From the NCBI GenBank assembly GCA_965649225.1, contig CBFGJX010000002.1:1-64000 (forward strand): a stretch of 64,000 nucleotides of DNA. Reading direction: 5' to 3'. The notes below the pieces were generated by a model that was not told where the DNA came from, ran no database searches, and saw nothing but the letters and a program-made list of their open reading frames with translations. A program made the position numbers and the translations under genes. This stretch comes from a candidate division WOR-3 bacterium. GTDB taxonomy: Bacteria; Hydrothermota; Tepidihabitantia; Tepidihabitantales; Tepidihabitantaceae. Shown piece after piece: positions 46,753-56,715 of this stretch (positions are counted from its first letter, which is position 1; each line of letters opens with the position of its first letter).

Positions 46753-47933
46753 GGACAGCGGTCGGCCAAAGCAGCGACGCCGGGTAGGATGCTGCCTTCA
46801 AGGAACTTCAGGCAGGCCCCGCCACCGGTTGAGACATGGCTTACCCGATTCAGGTAGCCGAACTGATCGAGCGCGGCCGCAGTATCGCCGCCAGCGACAA
46901 CCGTTGTCGCGCCGTTCGCAGTTGCGGCGGCAACTGCCTTTGCGATAGCCAGTGTTCCATGGGCGAACCGGGGCTGTTCAAAGACGCCCATCGGACCGGC
47001 CCAGACTATTGTCCGGGCATTAGCGATGATTTCAGCGAAGATGCGTTGTGTCACGGGACCAATGTCCAGTCCCATCAGTTCTGCTGGCATTCGGTCGACC
47101 GACGCGGCATTGCCGGTGGAGGCGTCGGGAGAGGCGGCGACAACTACATCGGCCGGCAGCACCACACGCTGGCTGGCCGCAGCTGCCAGAACCTCCTCCG
47201 GCAAACCCGGCTCCCACACCGACCGGCCGATGTTCAGCCCGCGACGCTTGAGAAAACTGAAGGCCGCACCGCCGCCGATCAGCAGTCGGTCAACTAGGGT
47301 CAGCAGGTTGGCAATCACACCTGCCTTATCCGCCACCTTCGACCCGCCGATGATGGCAACGAAGGGCCGCGCCGGCGATTCAATCACCCGTCCGAGGTAT
47401 TCGAGCTCCCTCGCCATCAACAGTCCGGCAGCGGGGCGCGGAAACTGTCTGGGCAGTGCATCAACTGAGGCGTGGGGGCGATGAGCGACACCGAAAGCGT
47501 CATTGACGTAATCGTCGGCGAGCGAGGCCAGCCCCCGGGCAAAGTCCGGGTCGTTGGCAGTCTCGCCGGGGTGGAAACGCAGGTTCTCCAACAGCGCAAC
47601 GACACCCGGTTTCAGCCGGCTGGCAAGTTCAGCGGCCTCCGGCCCGGAATAGACCGGCCAGAATTCCACTGGGTTCGTCAGCAGCTGTCGCAACCGTTCG
47701 GCGACCGGCAGGAGTGTCAGCGCCGGGTCGGGCTTTCCCTTGGGCTTGCCGAGGTGGGAACCGCAGATAACTGCGGCGCCTGATTCGATCAGCAGTTTCA
47801 GTGTGGGCAGCGCCGCCTTGATTCGTGCATCAGAGCGGACAGAACCATCCGGGCTAAGGGGGACATTGAAGTCGACGCGCAGAAAGACCCGTCGGCCCTT
47901 GACGTCCAGATCACGGACTGAGAGCTTCTGCAT
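46749..47933 (-). CDS. pgk: Phosphoglycerate kinase
   Basis: Motifs RVDFNVP, LLENLRF, NDAFGVAHR and HVSTGGGA. Confidence 0.97.
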   Translation of the reverse strand: MQKLSVRDLDVKGRRVFLRVDFNVPLSPDGSVRSDARIKAALPTLKLLIESGAAVICGSHLGKPKGKPDPALTLLPVAERLRQLLTNPVEFWPVYSGPEAAELASRLKPGVVALLENLRFHPGETANDPDFARGLASLADDYVNDAFGVAHRPHASVDALPRQFPRPAAGLLMARELEYLGRVIESPARPFVAIIGGSKVADKAGVIANLLTLVDRLLIGGGAAFSFLKRRGLNIGRSVWEPGLPEEVLAAAASQRVVLPADVVVAASPDASTGNAASVDRMPAELMGLDIGPVTQRIFAEIIANARTIVWAGPMGVFEQPRFAHGTLAIAKAVAAATANGATTVVAGGDTAAALDQFGYLNRVSHVSTGGGACLKFLEGSILPGVAALADRCP

Positions 47934-48949
47934 CACTGTCTCTGCCAGCGCTCGGCGATGTAACAGGCAAGGTCCACCAGTCGGCACGAGTAACCGTATT
48001 CATTATCGTACCAGGCGAACACCTTGACCAGTCGCTCATCAACAACCGCAGTCAGGCGGGCGTCAACGATCGCCGAATGGGGGTTGCCGACCAGGTCGAC
48101 CGACACCAGTGGTTCTTCACTGTATTGCAGAATTCCCTTCAGCGGGCCTTCGGCTGCTGCCCGCAGAGCATCATTCACGGTTGCAGCTGTCGCCGGCTCC
48201 TTTACAGCACAGGCCAGGTCAACGATTGAGACGTCCGGCGTGGGCACGCGGATGGCGATGCCGTCAATCTTGCCCTTCAATTCCGGAAAAACGACACCCA
48301 GCATTCGGGCAGCCCCGGTTGATGTTGGTATCATTGACAGCGCTCCTGCCCGTGCCCGACGCAGGTCTTTGTGCGGCTGGTCGAGCAATGCCTGGTCGTT
48401 GGTATAGGCATGAACGGTTGTCATGAATGCACGCTCAATCTTGAATCGTTCGTGGATGACCTTCGCCACCGGGACAATGCAGTTGGTTGTACAGGAAGCG
48501 TTGGAAACCACCTTGTCCACAGCCGGGTCATAGGTCGCCTGATTGACACCCATCACGAGCGATTTGACGGGTTTGTCGCCCTTTGGCGGTGCCGATATGA
48601 CAACCTGACGCGCTCCGGCAGTGAGGTGCCCGGCTGCCTTGTCGTAGGATGTGAAAAGGCCGGTGGACTCAATAACGATGTCGACACCAAGTTGTCCCCA
48701 TGGCAATTCGGCCGGGTTGCGCACTGCGGAAACGCGGGCCCGACGCCCGGCAATCACCAGGGTGTCGCCGTCTAGTTCGACTTCGTTGAAACGTCCATGG
48801 ACCGAGTCGTATTTCAGAAGATGCGCCAGCGTTGCCGCATCGGTAATGTCGTTGATGCCTACCAGTTCGAGCATCGGATGCCGGGCGGTCAACCTGGCAA
48901 CAAGCCGTCCAATGCGTCCGAATCCATTTATCGCAAGTCGCACGGGCAT
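47933..48949 (-). CDS. gap: Glyceraldehyde-3-phosphate dehydrogenase (type I)
   Basis: Motifs INGFGRIGR, SNASCTTNC and WYDNE. Confidence 0.98.
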   Translation of the reverse strand: MPVRLAINGFGRIGRLVARLTARHPMLELVGINDITDAATLAHLLKYDSVHGRFNEVELDGDTLVIAGRRARVSAVRNPAELPWGQLGVDIVIESTGLFTSYDKAAGHLTAGARQVVISAPPKGDKPVKSLVMGVNQATYDPAVDKVVSNASCTTNCIVPVAKVIHERFKIERAFMTTVHAYTNDQALLDQPHKDLRRARAGALSMIPTSTGAARMLGVVFPELKGKIDGIAIRVPTPDVSIVDLACAVKEPATAATVNDALRAAAEGPLKGILQYSEEPLVSVDLVGNPHSAIVDARLTAVVDERLVKVFAWYDNEYGYSCRLVDLACYIAERWQRQ

Positions 48950-49072
48950 TATGCCTCCTTAAGTAGCAAGACCCAGAAGGGAAGATAACGGGGAACAGAT
49001 GCCTGTCAACACTCGGACCGGGGCAAGAAACGACATTGACAGCTGCGGGTGAAGCCGTAGCCTGTGGGTGCT

Positions 49073-50482
49073 GTGTCCCGTGGCGATGTTGTTACTGTCA
49101 ATGGCTGGCTGGCCATCGTTTCCTGCTGTCTGGCCGCACTTGCTGCCGGCTGTCAGAGTTCTGTACCGCCAGTTCCGGTGATTTCCGCCCCAATGCACGG
49201 TCAGCCGGGAGAAACGCTCTGGTTCGGGGTTTGGGCCGCGGGGAGGCAACCGTTGTCTTATCAGTTTGACTGGGGCGATGGGTCCATGAGCGACTGGAGT
49301 CCGCTGGCGATGCCGGAGGATACATTTGACTTGTGGCATGTCTATCGTCAGGAGGGCAGTTTTGCCGCGTCGGCAAGGACGCGCTACCGGCATGAACAGC
49401 CGAGTGACTGGTCAGCACCACAAACGATAGTCGTGTCAGTTGCCGGCCCCCTTGTTCCGATTCCGCTGGCCTTTCCTGACACCGCTCATCTCGAATCGAC
49501 TTACACCTTTCGGGCAATCGTCACTCACGCTTCAGGAGAAAGTACAGCCTGTGAGTTCCACTGGAGTGATTCGATCATCCAGCAGACTGACTACGTATCG
49601 TCGGGCGATACCGCCATTGTCAGACGCCGTTTCAGCAAGCTGGGGCCGATTGAAGTTCGATTCCGGGGCGTGGACGCGACAGGAAACCGTGGCCCCTGGG
49701 CGCCCGCTGATACTATCACAGTTGCGGCGCGGCCGCTCGTTCCGCCGCGCAGACTGCGCCTGTTTTCTTACGGTGGAGTGTTTGTCCAGCTGGCCTGGGA
49801 CGGCATGCGGCCGGTGGATTCGGCCCAGTATCGGGTCTGGTTCCGCGCCACAAACTCGGCCGGCTTCGCGCTGGTCGGCGTGCTGAATCGCACGGCGTTC
49901 ATCCACGACCCTGGTGGGGTAACCGGAGACTATACCGTTTCGTCATTGCGTGACGGCGAGGAGATTTTCGCCCAGGAAACGGTTTCGACGCGGCCGGTTC
50001 TGACAGACACGCTGGTTCTGGGCGAATTGAACAGCGGTCTGACTGCCGGCTACGGGTGGGACAGGGTGACCGGTCGCGCGGCGCTGTATCCAATGACTGA
50101 CAGCGCGTCGGCGGATCTGGTTGATATCTATTTCACTGACTTCACCAGCGGCTATCTGGGGCCGGGTTACTACCTTGCCAGTGCCAGTCTGGCACCGACT
50201 GACCCTGGCGGTGGCGTGCCGGCAGGGGCGTGGCGACGTACCCGTCTGCTCGGCCTGCCGTCGGGTGGCGGTGACCCACTGCCGGAATACGACTCGCTGC
50301 TGTACTTGGACAGGCTTGACGTCAATACCTTCGTCTCCTATGCTGCATTGCACACCCCGGAGGGACATTACGCCCTCGTTACGGCTATATCGCCAAGCAG
50401 TGTCGATGGCACGGTGAGGATCGTCGGACTCTTTCAGCGCATTCCGGGACTAAGACTGATCCAGTATGCTGGACATCGATAG
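49073..50482 (+). CDS. PKD-like domain lipoprotein
   Basis: Lipobox AAGC, YQFDWGDG and SDWSAP. The start is placed at GTG 49073, after TTGACA-N16-TAGCCT. Confidence 0.7.
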   Translation: MSRGDVVTVNGWLAIVSCCLAALAAGCQSSVPPVPVISAPMHGQPGETLWFGVWAAGRQPLSYQFDWGDGSMSDWSPLAMPEDTFDLWHVYRQEGSFAASARTRYRHEQPSDWSAPQTIVVSVAGPLVPIPLAFPDTAHLESTYTFRAIVTHASGESTACEFHWSDSIIQQTDYVSSGDTAIVRRRFSKLGPIEVRFRGVDATGNRGPWAPADTITVAARPLVPPRRLRLFSYGGVFVQLAWDGMRPVDSAQYRVWFRATNSAGFALVGVLNRTAFIHDPGGVTGDYTVSSLRDGEEIFAQETVSTRPVLTDTLVLGELNSGLTAGYGWDRVTGRAALYPMTDSASADLVDIYFTDFTSGYLGPGYYLASASLAPTDPGGGVPAGAWRRTRLLGLPSGGGDPLPEYDSLLYLDRLDVNTFVSYAALHTPEGHYALVTAISPSSVDGTVRIVGLFQRIPGLRLIQYAGHR

Positions 50483-50575
50483 TGCCGCTCGAACAGAGGC
50501 GCCCTGCCTGCTGCCCTCCTGTTCTGTGCATCTCAGCCTCTCCTCAGTAGCCGGCGGGACGCCTCGTCGGGCGGC

Positions 50576-51052
50576 GTGATGCCTCATCGCAAGCTGCTGC
50601 CCACACGGGTCGTCGGTCGGCTGGTTTTGGCTCTATCCTGCACGGTGCTGTTCAGCTGTGATGACGACGGTGCAGTCGGAAACCGCCGGCCGCTGGCGGC
50701 CATCGTTGAGTGGCCGGTGGAACTGAGGGTTGGCGAACTGGCCGTGGTCAAGGCCGAGGGCTACGATCCTGACGGCGACCGAATCAGAATCTTTGTCGCC
50801 TGGGGCGATGGCGACACCAGCGACCACGGTGAGTTTGTCCTGTCGGGACAGACGGTCGTGTTTGAGCATCGGTACCGGTATGCCGACACATTCGTGGTCA
50901 CAGCAAGGTGTCACGACCTTGCCCCGCTTTTTTCAGACTGGTCGTCGCCCCGAGTAGTGCGAGTGACGGGCGTCTATTCTTCCGTCGCGTCCCTAGACAG
51001 AGACAGGTCCCAAAGCAGTACGTCGGCGAGCAAGGCGTCGAAAAGCCGGTAG
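50576..51052 (+). CDS. Small PKD-like domain lipoprotein
   Basis: Lipobox LFSC with YDPDGD, AWGDGD and SDWSSP. Confidence 0.7.
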   Translation: MMPHRKLLPTRVVGRLVLALSCTVLFSCDDDGAVGNRRPLAAIVEWPVELRVGELAVVKAEGYDPDGDRIRIFVAWGDGDTSDHGEFVLSGQTVVFEHRYRYADTFVVTARCHDLAPLFSDWSSPRVVRVTGVYSSVASLDRDRSQSSTSASKASKSR

Positions 51053-51891
51053 GCAAGAGTCCCACTTTCACATCCGTTAACCAGGAAAGAAAAAACATAC
51101 TCGCGGTTGGGCGCCAACAGGTAGCCGGAAAGACAGAACACGCCGCGGATATATCCGGTCTTTGCCCGCAGCGTTTGGGGGTAGAGAAAGCGACGTCTAA
51201 GCAGGGTGCCGATTCCACCGGGTTGTGCCAGGCTGTGGCTGAAAGCATCTCCGAAGGGCAGCCGGCGTACCGCAGCAAGTGTCGCTGCAATGGTCCTGGC
51301 ACTGACACGGTTTCGGGATGAAAGCCCTGAGCCATCGATGACTTGCAGTCCTGTAACCGGAACGTCAAGGGCACGCAGCCCGCGTTCGACGGCCAACTGG
51401 CGGGTTGTGCGTCGGCGGCTGGCAACGGCATCAATCAGCCAGTTGGCGACATTGTTGTCACTCTTGCGGTTCAGCAGAAGCAGATAACGGAAACCCGGCA
51501 GGTTGGGCATCACGCCGACTCCGAGCGATTCGGCAAAGGCCGAGTCGCCGACTAGGCGCAGATGCAAGGGTTCCTTCGACTGCAAAAGTCGCGCGTCGAG
51601 CTGTTTTACGAGCAGAGTGTCCCATTCCTGCAACGCAATGGCGGCGACCAGCAGTTTCATGTTTGAAGCAGGGACCAATGCCGAATCCGGATTGAGCGCA
51701 AAAAGCAGGGTGTCGTCGTCAAGCGGCCGGACGACGATACCGGCGCGCCATGCCGGTTGCGCCAGCGCCTGGTAGTCGCGCGCCATCACCGTTGCCAGCG
51801 GTTCGGGAACGATGCCGCACTCGGCCGGCGGCAGCCCGGGCAGTCCGGCGGAAGTTACTGCCGGGAGCAACAGTCGGGCAAGCAGGGTCAG
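50974..51891 (-). CDS. dacB: D-Ala-D-Ala carboxypeptidase, peptidase S13 (PBP4) family, compact form; start uncertain
   Basis: Motifs PASNMK (SxxK), KSDN (SxN), DGSGLS and AKTG. Confidence 0.8.
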   Translation of the reverse strand: MTLLARLLLPAVTSAGLPGLPPAECGIVPEPLATVMARDYQALAQPAWRAGIVVRPLDDDTLLFALNPDSALVPASNMKLLVAAIALQEWDTLLVKQLDARLLQSKEPLHLRLVGDSAFAESLGVGVMPNLPGFRYLLLLNRKSDNNVANWLIDAVASRRRTTRQLAVERGLRALDVPVTGLQVIDGSGLSSRNRVSARTIAATLAAVRRLPFGDAFSHSLAQPGGIGTLLRRRFLYPQTLRAKTGYIRGVFCLSGYLLAPNREYVFSFLVNGCESGTLAYRLFDALLADVLLWDLSLSRDATEE

Positions 51892-52808
51892 GATAGGCCA
51901 GTAATATACTCGTGAGCGGACATAGCCGCAAGCGCGCCATCGGCGACGGCGGTTGCGATCTGACGCAGCGGGGTTACCCGAACGTCGCCTGCGGCAAACA
52001 CACCCGGAACGTTGGTCCGCAGGTGGCCATCGGTTGGTATGAATCCGTTCGGGTCGAGCTGGATTGTCTCCTGACACCAGGTTGTGTTGGGTACCGAGCC
52101 GACATAAATGAACAGACCAGCGACTGGCAGCTCCCGAGTGCTGCCGTCCTTGCGCGATTCCAGAATGATTGACTCGAGACGGTTAGTCCCGTTCAGCCCG
52201 GTAACGATAGTGGACAGATGCAGAGTGATGTTTTGACAGGCACGGACCTTGTCCTGAGTGTGCCTGGCGCCGCGGAACTCGTCACGGCGGTGTACAAGGT
52301 GCACCCGCGAGCAGATATTGGCCAGGTAGAGCGCTTCGTCTAGGGCCGAATCGCCGCCACCGACCACGGCGACTTCACGGCCGCGGAATAGCGGACCGTC
52401 GCAGACTGCGCAGTAGGACACGCCCCGGCCGCGCAGTTCGTTTTCGCGTTCGAGCCCGAGCTGTTTGGACATCACGCCTGAGGCAATGATCGCGGCGCGG
52501 GGGCGGTACTCCCCGGCGGTGGTGATAACCGCGATGCCTTCGGGGCCGACGCTGATAGCGGTTGCTTCGGCCGTATCCAGCGCACAACCAAAGCGGCGGG
52601 CCTGCGCCTCCATCGCCTGCGTCAGGGCAGTTCCCTCGATCGGTTCGGGAAAACCGGGGTAGTTTTCGACGACAGAAGTCAACGCGACCTGGCCGCCGGG
52701 CAGAGCCCGTTCAAGCACGACTGTGGCGTGACCCGAGCGCGCACCGTAAAGCCCGGCAGTCAGTCCAGCCGGCCCGGCACCAATGACGAGTATCTCCGGT
52801 GTGTTCAT
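51888..52808 (-). CDS. trxB: Thioredoxin reductase
   Basis: Motifs IGAGPAGLTA, VENYPGF, SYCAVCDG, VGGGDSA and FAAGD. Confidence 0.96.
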   Translation of the reverse strand: MNTPEILVIGAGPAGLTAGLYGARSGHATVVLERALPGGQVALTSVVENYPGFPEPIEGTALTQAMEAQARRFGCALDTAEATAISVGPEGIAVITTAGEYRPRAAIIASGVMSKQLGLERENELRGRGVSYCAVCDGPLFRGREVAVVGGGDSALDEALYLANICSRVHLVHRRDEFRGARHTQDKVRACQNITLHLSTIVTGLNGTNRLESIILESRKDGSTRELPVAGLFIYVGSVPNTTWCQETIQLDPNGFIPTDGHLRTNVPGVFAAGDVRVTPLRQIATAVADGALAAMSAHEYITGLS

Positions 52809-52823
52809 CGCCTGCATTGTAGA

Positions 52824-52862
52824 CAAAAAGAACCGGAGGGCAAGCTGACGCCGCCCTCCGGT
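52824..52862 (-). terminator. Intrinsic terminator
   Basis: 10-bp stem ACCGGAGGGC/GCCCTCCGGT followed by TCTTTTT on the minus strand. Confidence 0.75.
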
Positions 52863-52877
52863 CCAGTCGCTCGCAGG

Positions 52878-55598
52878 CTAATATGTCACAACGAACTTGC
52901 GTCCGACCGCGGCGGAACGGCCGTGGTCAACGAGCCGGGCGAAGTACACGCCGGGCGGCAGAGTCCGGCCCTCGTCGTCAGCAGGGGACCAGGCGACCTG
53001 ATGGACTCCGGTGTCGCGGTTGGCGTCCAGCGGCCGGGCTACGAGCCGGCCGGAATTGTCGTACACCAGCAGCTCATAGCGGCCTGGGCCGGGCACGCTG
53101 ATGGTGAAGCGGCACTGGCCGCGTACCGGGTTGGGAGTGATGCGCTCGAACGCCAGCCGGCGCACTAAGGTCACCGGCTCGGCGGTACCAACGGTCGGCG
53201 ATTGCATCACTCGCATCATCCAGTCGTGCGTGGTCCACTGCCGGAAGGGATCCTGGTTAGACGAGAAGTACGAACGCATTTCGACGGGAGGTGTGCCGTC
53301 GGCACCGATGCCCATGCCGGGTGAGTTGTCAGGCCAGCGCGCGATGAGCCAGAAATCTTCAGCCGTCCTGCGCGTTACGTCGAACGCGAACTCGGCCCAG
53401 CCGGGTGCGACCGGCGCGGTGACGTTGTAGGCGATGTCAAGGAGGTTGGCGGTGTCAGGCACGCCGGCGCGGTCTGGACAGAGCGCCACATACTCAAACG
53501 GGGTGTTGGCAAGATTAACAAAGATGCGGCCACCGGTAACCGCAAAAGGCGGGTTGAGCGTAGGCGAGCAGCGCAGGTAGAACTTGTCGTTGTCGCGCCG
53601 TCCCACCCAGTAATAGGCCTCGGCCGAACCGTCGTCGTAGATGAGTTCATACGTCACCGTGAAACTACGGCGCAGGGAGTCATTGTCGGGCAGGAGGTCA
53701 TCATCGGTGCTTGCGGTCAAAATCGCGCTGTAAGGTCCGACTGCGCCCGGTGACCAGGCCGTAAACTCGACCGCGGTGCTGTCGTCCGGGGCGAGGTTGC
53801 CTGACTGTGTCGAGTCGCGGTACACAACAGCGCCGATCGAATCGGTAATCGTCAGGCGGCAGCGGATGGCGTCGGTGTAGGAGCCGCTGTTGGTGACAAT
53901 CGCGCGGGGCGTGAATGAGCGGTTGATGCTCATTTCGGTATAGGGAGGGCTCAGCAGCACCGGCTGGCCATCGTGGAAACAGCGCGATGCCATCGCCAGT
54001 GTGTCATCGCCGGCGTAACCGTCGCCGGGCAGGCGGGTGAACACGAGGCAGTTGTACAGCGACCATGCATCCGGAGTCCACTGCCGGAAGCTCACCGCTG
54101 CCGCGGCACCCGGTGCCACGTCAGGCGCGACTGTGCTGTCACGATAGACGACACTGTCGGCTGAGTTGCGAATGGTGATACCAACCGGGATTGAGACGGT
54201 GTTGTCACCGTAGTTTTGAACCTCGGCGCTCGGCGTGACCGGAACGCCGGTCTGGAGGTAGCGGCCGGGGGCGGTGATGGCGCGGGTGCCGGCGTTGACC
54301 GAGTCTGATGCACCAATGAGCACGGCGTAGACCTGGCCGCCGTTGCCCATCTGACCGGCATGCACCGCTTTGCCCGAGGCGCAGGCGAACTGGCCGTCGT
54401 CAGAGATGTCGCAAGAGAACAGCGAACCGGGTTCGTCGTTGCGGGTGATGGCCACCAGCGGTGCGGTGTCGCCAACGTTGTGAACCGTGAAGACCCGGAA
54501 ATCACCCGACGGTGCGATATCGCCCCACGATGCGGCCGCCACTCGACTGCCGTCAGCCGAGAGTGCAACGCAGGCAACATAAGCGCCATTCGAACCATAG
54601 TTCTGATAGGTCATCACCGGTATTGCAGAACTGGAGTCGAAGACGCAGAGCTTGCCGTTGGCATAGCCGGTGCCACACGCGACCCGTGATCCGTCTCGCG
54701 ACACGGCGACGCCCGCAACCCAGGGGGTACCGACCTGAGCACTCCAGCGGAGGCTGTACGTCGAGCCGTCCCAGCGGTAGAGCTTCAGCATCCCGTAGTA
54801 GTCACCGGTTACAAGGATGGAACCGTCACCGGAAATGGCGGCGGCGTACTGAGTGCCGGTGTTTGATGTGCCAATCGGGATTGCGCCTCGCCGGAGACTG
54901 TCCTCGAAGACAATGCAGGAATCATAGACCGTCACGGCAACAATCCGACCGTTGTCCGACAGGTCAATGCCCTGCAGCCGGGTTGGCTCGGGGACAGGCA
55001 CCGACCACAGCACCCGGCCGTCCTGTGCACGGATCGCTGTCAGTATCCCGTTCTGGCACGCCACGACCCGGTTGCCGTTGCGGCTGGTTTTGCTGTAACC
55101 GGTGGCGCTGGTGGGGTACTGGTACAGCCACTGCGGAAAGCGGCTCTGGCTGGACCATTTATAGGCCGCTGTCAGCGATGATAGTGTCATCGTGCCGCCG
55201 TCGCGTGAGACGCCAATCTGATTGCCGGCCCAGCCCCAGGTGAAATCACCCGGGCTTTCCCAGACCGGCGACGCAGTTCCAAGCGTACGATAGTACGAGG
55301 CACGCTGGGCGTTCAGATACCAGTTGGCAAGGATGTGGTAACCGTCATTGGAGATGGCCACCGACTGGGCGATACCGTAACGGTGATTGCGGTCCACCCA
55401 GAGCACCCCGGTGTCGGAGCGCAGCGCCGGAACCTCCGGTCGTTCTATCGGCCGGTCGAACAGAGGCCCATTCTCGGTGTTGATGCGGTACCAGGTCCGC
55501 TCAAGACCGTCGCCGCCGGTTTCGGTCACCGCCTCGATGCCGAGCGGTGTCGCGGGGGCGACGACCCAGAACAGCAACAGGACTGCGAGCCTTCTCAT
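52878..55598 (-). CDS. Secreted WD40-like beta-propeller with CARDB-like domains and FlgD/T9SS-like tail
   Basis: Signal peptide, S.DG..(I/V) propeller repeats, two domains ending D...DD(T/S), and tail PNPVRG...VYDNSGRLV...PPGVYF. Confidence 0.8.
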   Translation of the reverse strand: MRRLAVLLLFWVVAPATPLGIEAVTETGGDGLERTWYRINTENGPLFDRPIERPEVPALRSDTGVLWVDRNHRYGIAQSVAISNDGYHILANWYLNAQRASYYRTLGTASPVWESPGDFTWGWAGNQIGVSRDGGTMTLSSLTAAYKWSSQSRFPQWLYQYPTSATGYSKTSRNGNRVVACQNGILTAIRAQDGRVLWSVPVPEPTRLQGIDLSDNGRIVAVTVYDSCIVFEDSLRRGAIPIGTSNTGTQYAAAISGDGSILVTGDYYGMLKLYRWDGSTYSLRWSAQVGTPWVAGVAVSRDGSRVACGTGYANGKLCVFDSSSAIPVMTYQNYGSNGAYVACVALSADGSRVAAASWGDIAPSGDFRVFTVHNVGDTAPLVAITRNDEPGSLFSCDISDDGQFACASGKAVHAGQMGNGGQVYAVLIGASDSVNAGTRAITAPGRYLQTGVPVTPSAEVQNYGDNTVSIPVGITIRNSADSVVYRDSTVAPDVAPGAAAAVSFRQWTPDAWSLYNCLVFTRLPGDGYAGDDTLAMASRCFHDGQPVLLSPPYTEMSINRSFTPRAIVTNSGSYTDAIRCRLTITDSIGAVVYRDSTQSGNLAPDDSTAVEFTAWSPGAVGPYSAILTASTDDDLLPDNDSLRRSFTVTYELIYDDGSAEAYYWVGRRDNDKFYLRCSPTLNPPFAVTGGRIFVNLANTPFEYVALCPDRAGVPDTANLLDIAYNVTAPVAPGWAEFAFDVTRRTAEDFWLIARWPDNSPGMGIGADGTPPVEMRSYFSSNQDPFRQWTTHDWMMRVMQSPTVGTAEPVTLVRRLAFERITPNPVRGQCRFTISVPGPGRYELLVYDNSGRLVARPLDANRDTGVHQVAWSPADDEGRTLPPGVYFARLVDHGRSAAVGRKFVVTY

Positions 55599-55616
55599 AA
55601 TGCCTCCTCGGACTGG

Positions 55617-56543
55617 TTAGGCCTTGCCGAGCAAACGGTGCAGCAGTGCCCGCTGGGCATGCAGGCGATTCTCGGCCTGGTCGAGAACTACCGATGCCGG
55701 CCCATCGAGCACTTCGGCGGTAATTTCCTCGCCGCGGTGCGCCGGCAGACAATGCAGCACTCGCGCACCGGGCGCGGCTGCATCCAGCAGTGCCTTGTTG
55801 AGCTGGAAGGGCCGGAAGATCTGTGCTCGCTGGGCGGCTTCATTTTCCTGACCCATCGAGGCCCAGACATCGGTGTAGACAAACTCGGCGCCGCGGACTG
55901 CCTCGTAGGGGTCATAGGTCAGAAGCAGCCGGCTGCCTGACTGGCCGGCGTACTCGCGGGCTTTGGCGACGACAGCCGCCGGTGGCTCAAATCCGCGCGG
56001 AGTGGCAATCCGGATGTGGATTCCAAGCATCGTGCAGGCAAGCATCAGTGAGTTGCAGACGTTGTTGCCGTCGCCGGTCCAGGCCAGCGTTGCGTCTTTA
56101 AGTGTGCCCCGCAGGTCGCGTACCGTCAGCAGGTCGGCGAGTGTCTGGCAAGGGTGTTCGAGGTCACAGAGAGCGTTGATTACCGGTACCGTTGCGTTGT
56201 GCGCCAGATCGACAATCGTCTGATGGGCAAACACCCGGGCGATAATGCAGTTAACCCAGCGGGAAAGATTCTTCGCGACGTCCTCGACCGTTTCCCGCTT
56301 GCCCATGCCGATATCAGCAGGGCCGAGGTAGACGCTTGAGCCACCGAGGTTGCGCATCGCTACCTCAAAAGTCACGCGGGTGCGCAACGATGGTTTTTCG
56401 AATATCAGTGCGGCCACAGTGCCGGGTGCTGAGTCGATGCGGGGTCTTGTCTTGAGCTGCTGTTTGAGCTCGGTTGCCAGATCCAGCAGGCCGAGCAGTT
56501 CGGCCCGCGACAGGTCATTGATTGAAGTCAGGTCTTTGTTCAT
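55617..56543 (-). CDS. argF: Ornithine carbamoyltransferase
   Basis: Motifs FEKPSLRT, HPCQ, GDGNNV, YTDVWASMG, HCLPAHRG and QAENRLH. Confidence 0.92.
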   Translation of the reverse strand: MNKDLTSINDLSRAELLGLLDLATELKQQLKTRPRIDSAPGTVAALIFEKPSLRTRVTFEVAMRNLGGSSVYLGPADIGMGKRETVEDVAKNLSRWVNCIIARVFAHQTIVDLAHNATVPVINALCDLEHPCQTLADLLTVRDLRGTLKDATLAWTGDGNNVCNSLMLACTMLGIHIRIATPRGFEPPAAVVAKAREYAGQSGSRLLLTYDPYEAVRGAEFVYTDVWASMGQENEAAQRAQIFRPFQLNKALLDAAAPGARVLHCLPAHRGEEITAEVLDGPASVVLDQAENRLHAQRALLHRLLGKA

Positions 56544-56699
56544 CTTTTCTCCGGTTAGTATACCTATGTTGGCGCCACAGAATAGACCGCGATTGCATGC
56601 AGTCAAGGAGGAGGGGAAAGGAAGTCTAAAAACTGCCGGGAGCGCGAGGAATCAATCGGTTTGATCGCGGAGAGCAGATTGTCTTTCCTAACCGGACAC

Positions 56700-56715
56700 T
56701 ATAACCCAGGTTATA
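56700..56715. promoter_or_regulatory. Palindromic candidate operator
   Basis: TATAACC-CA-GGTTATA, a perfect 7-2-7 inverted repeat between the divergent argF and sucC genes. Confidence 0.4.

Noticed and set aside
55617..56543. N-acetyl- or succinyl-ornithine transcarbamylase, suggested by SLRT in place of STRT
   Set aside because: The ornithine-binding DxxxSMG and HCLPAHRG motifs are canonical for ordinary OTC.
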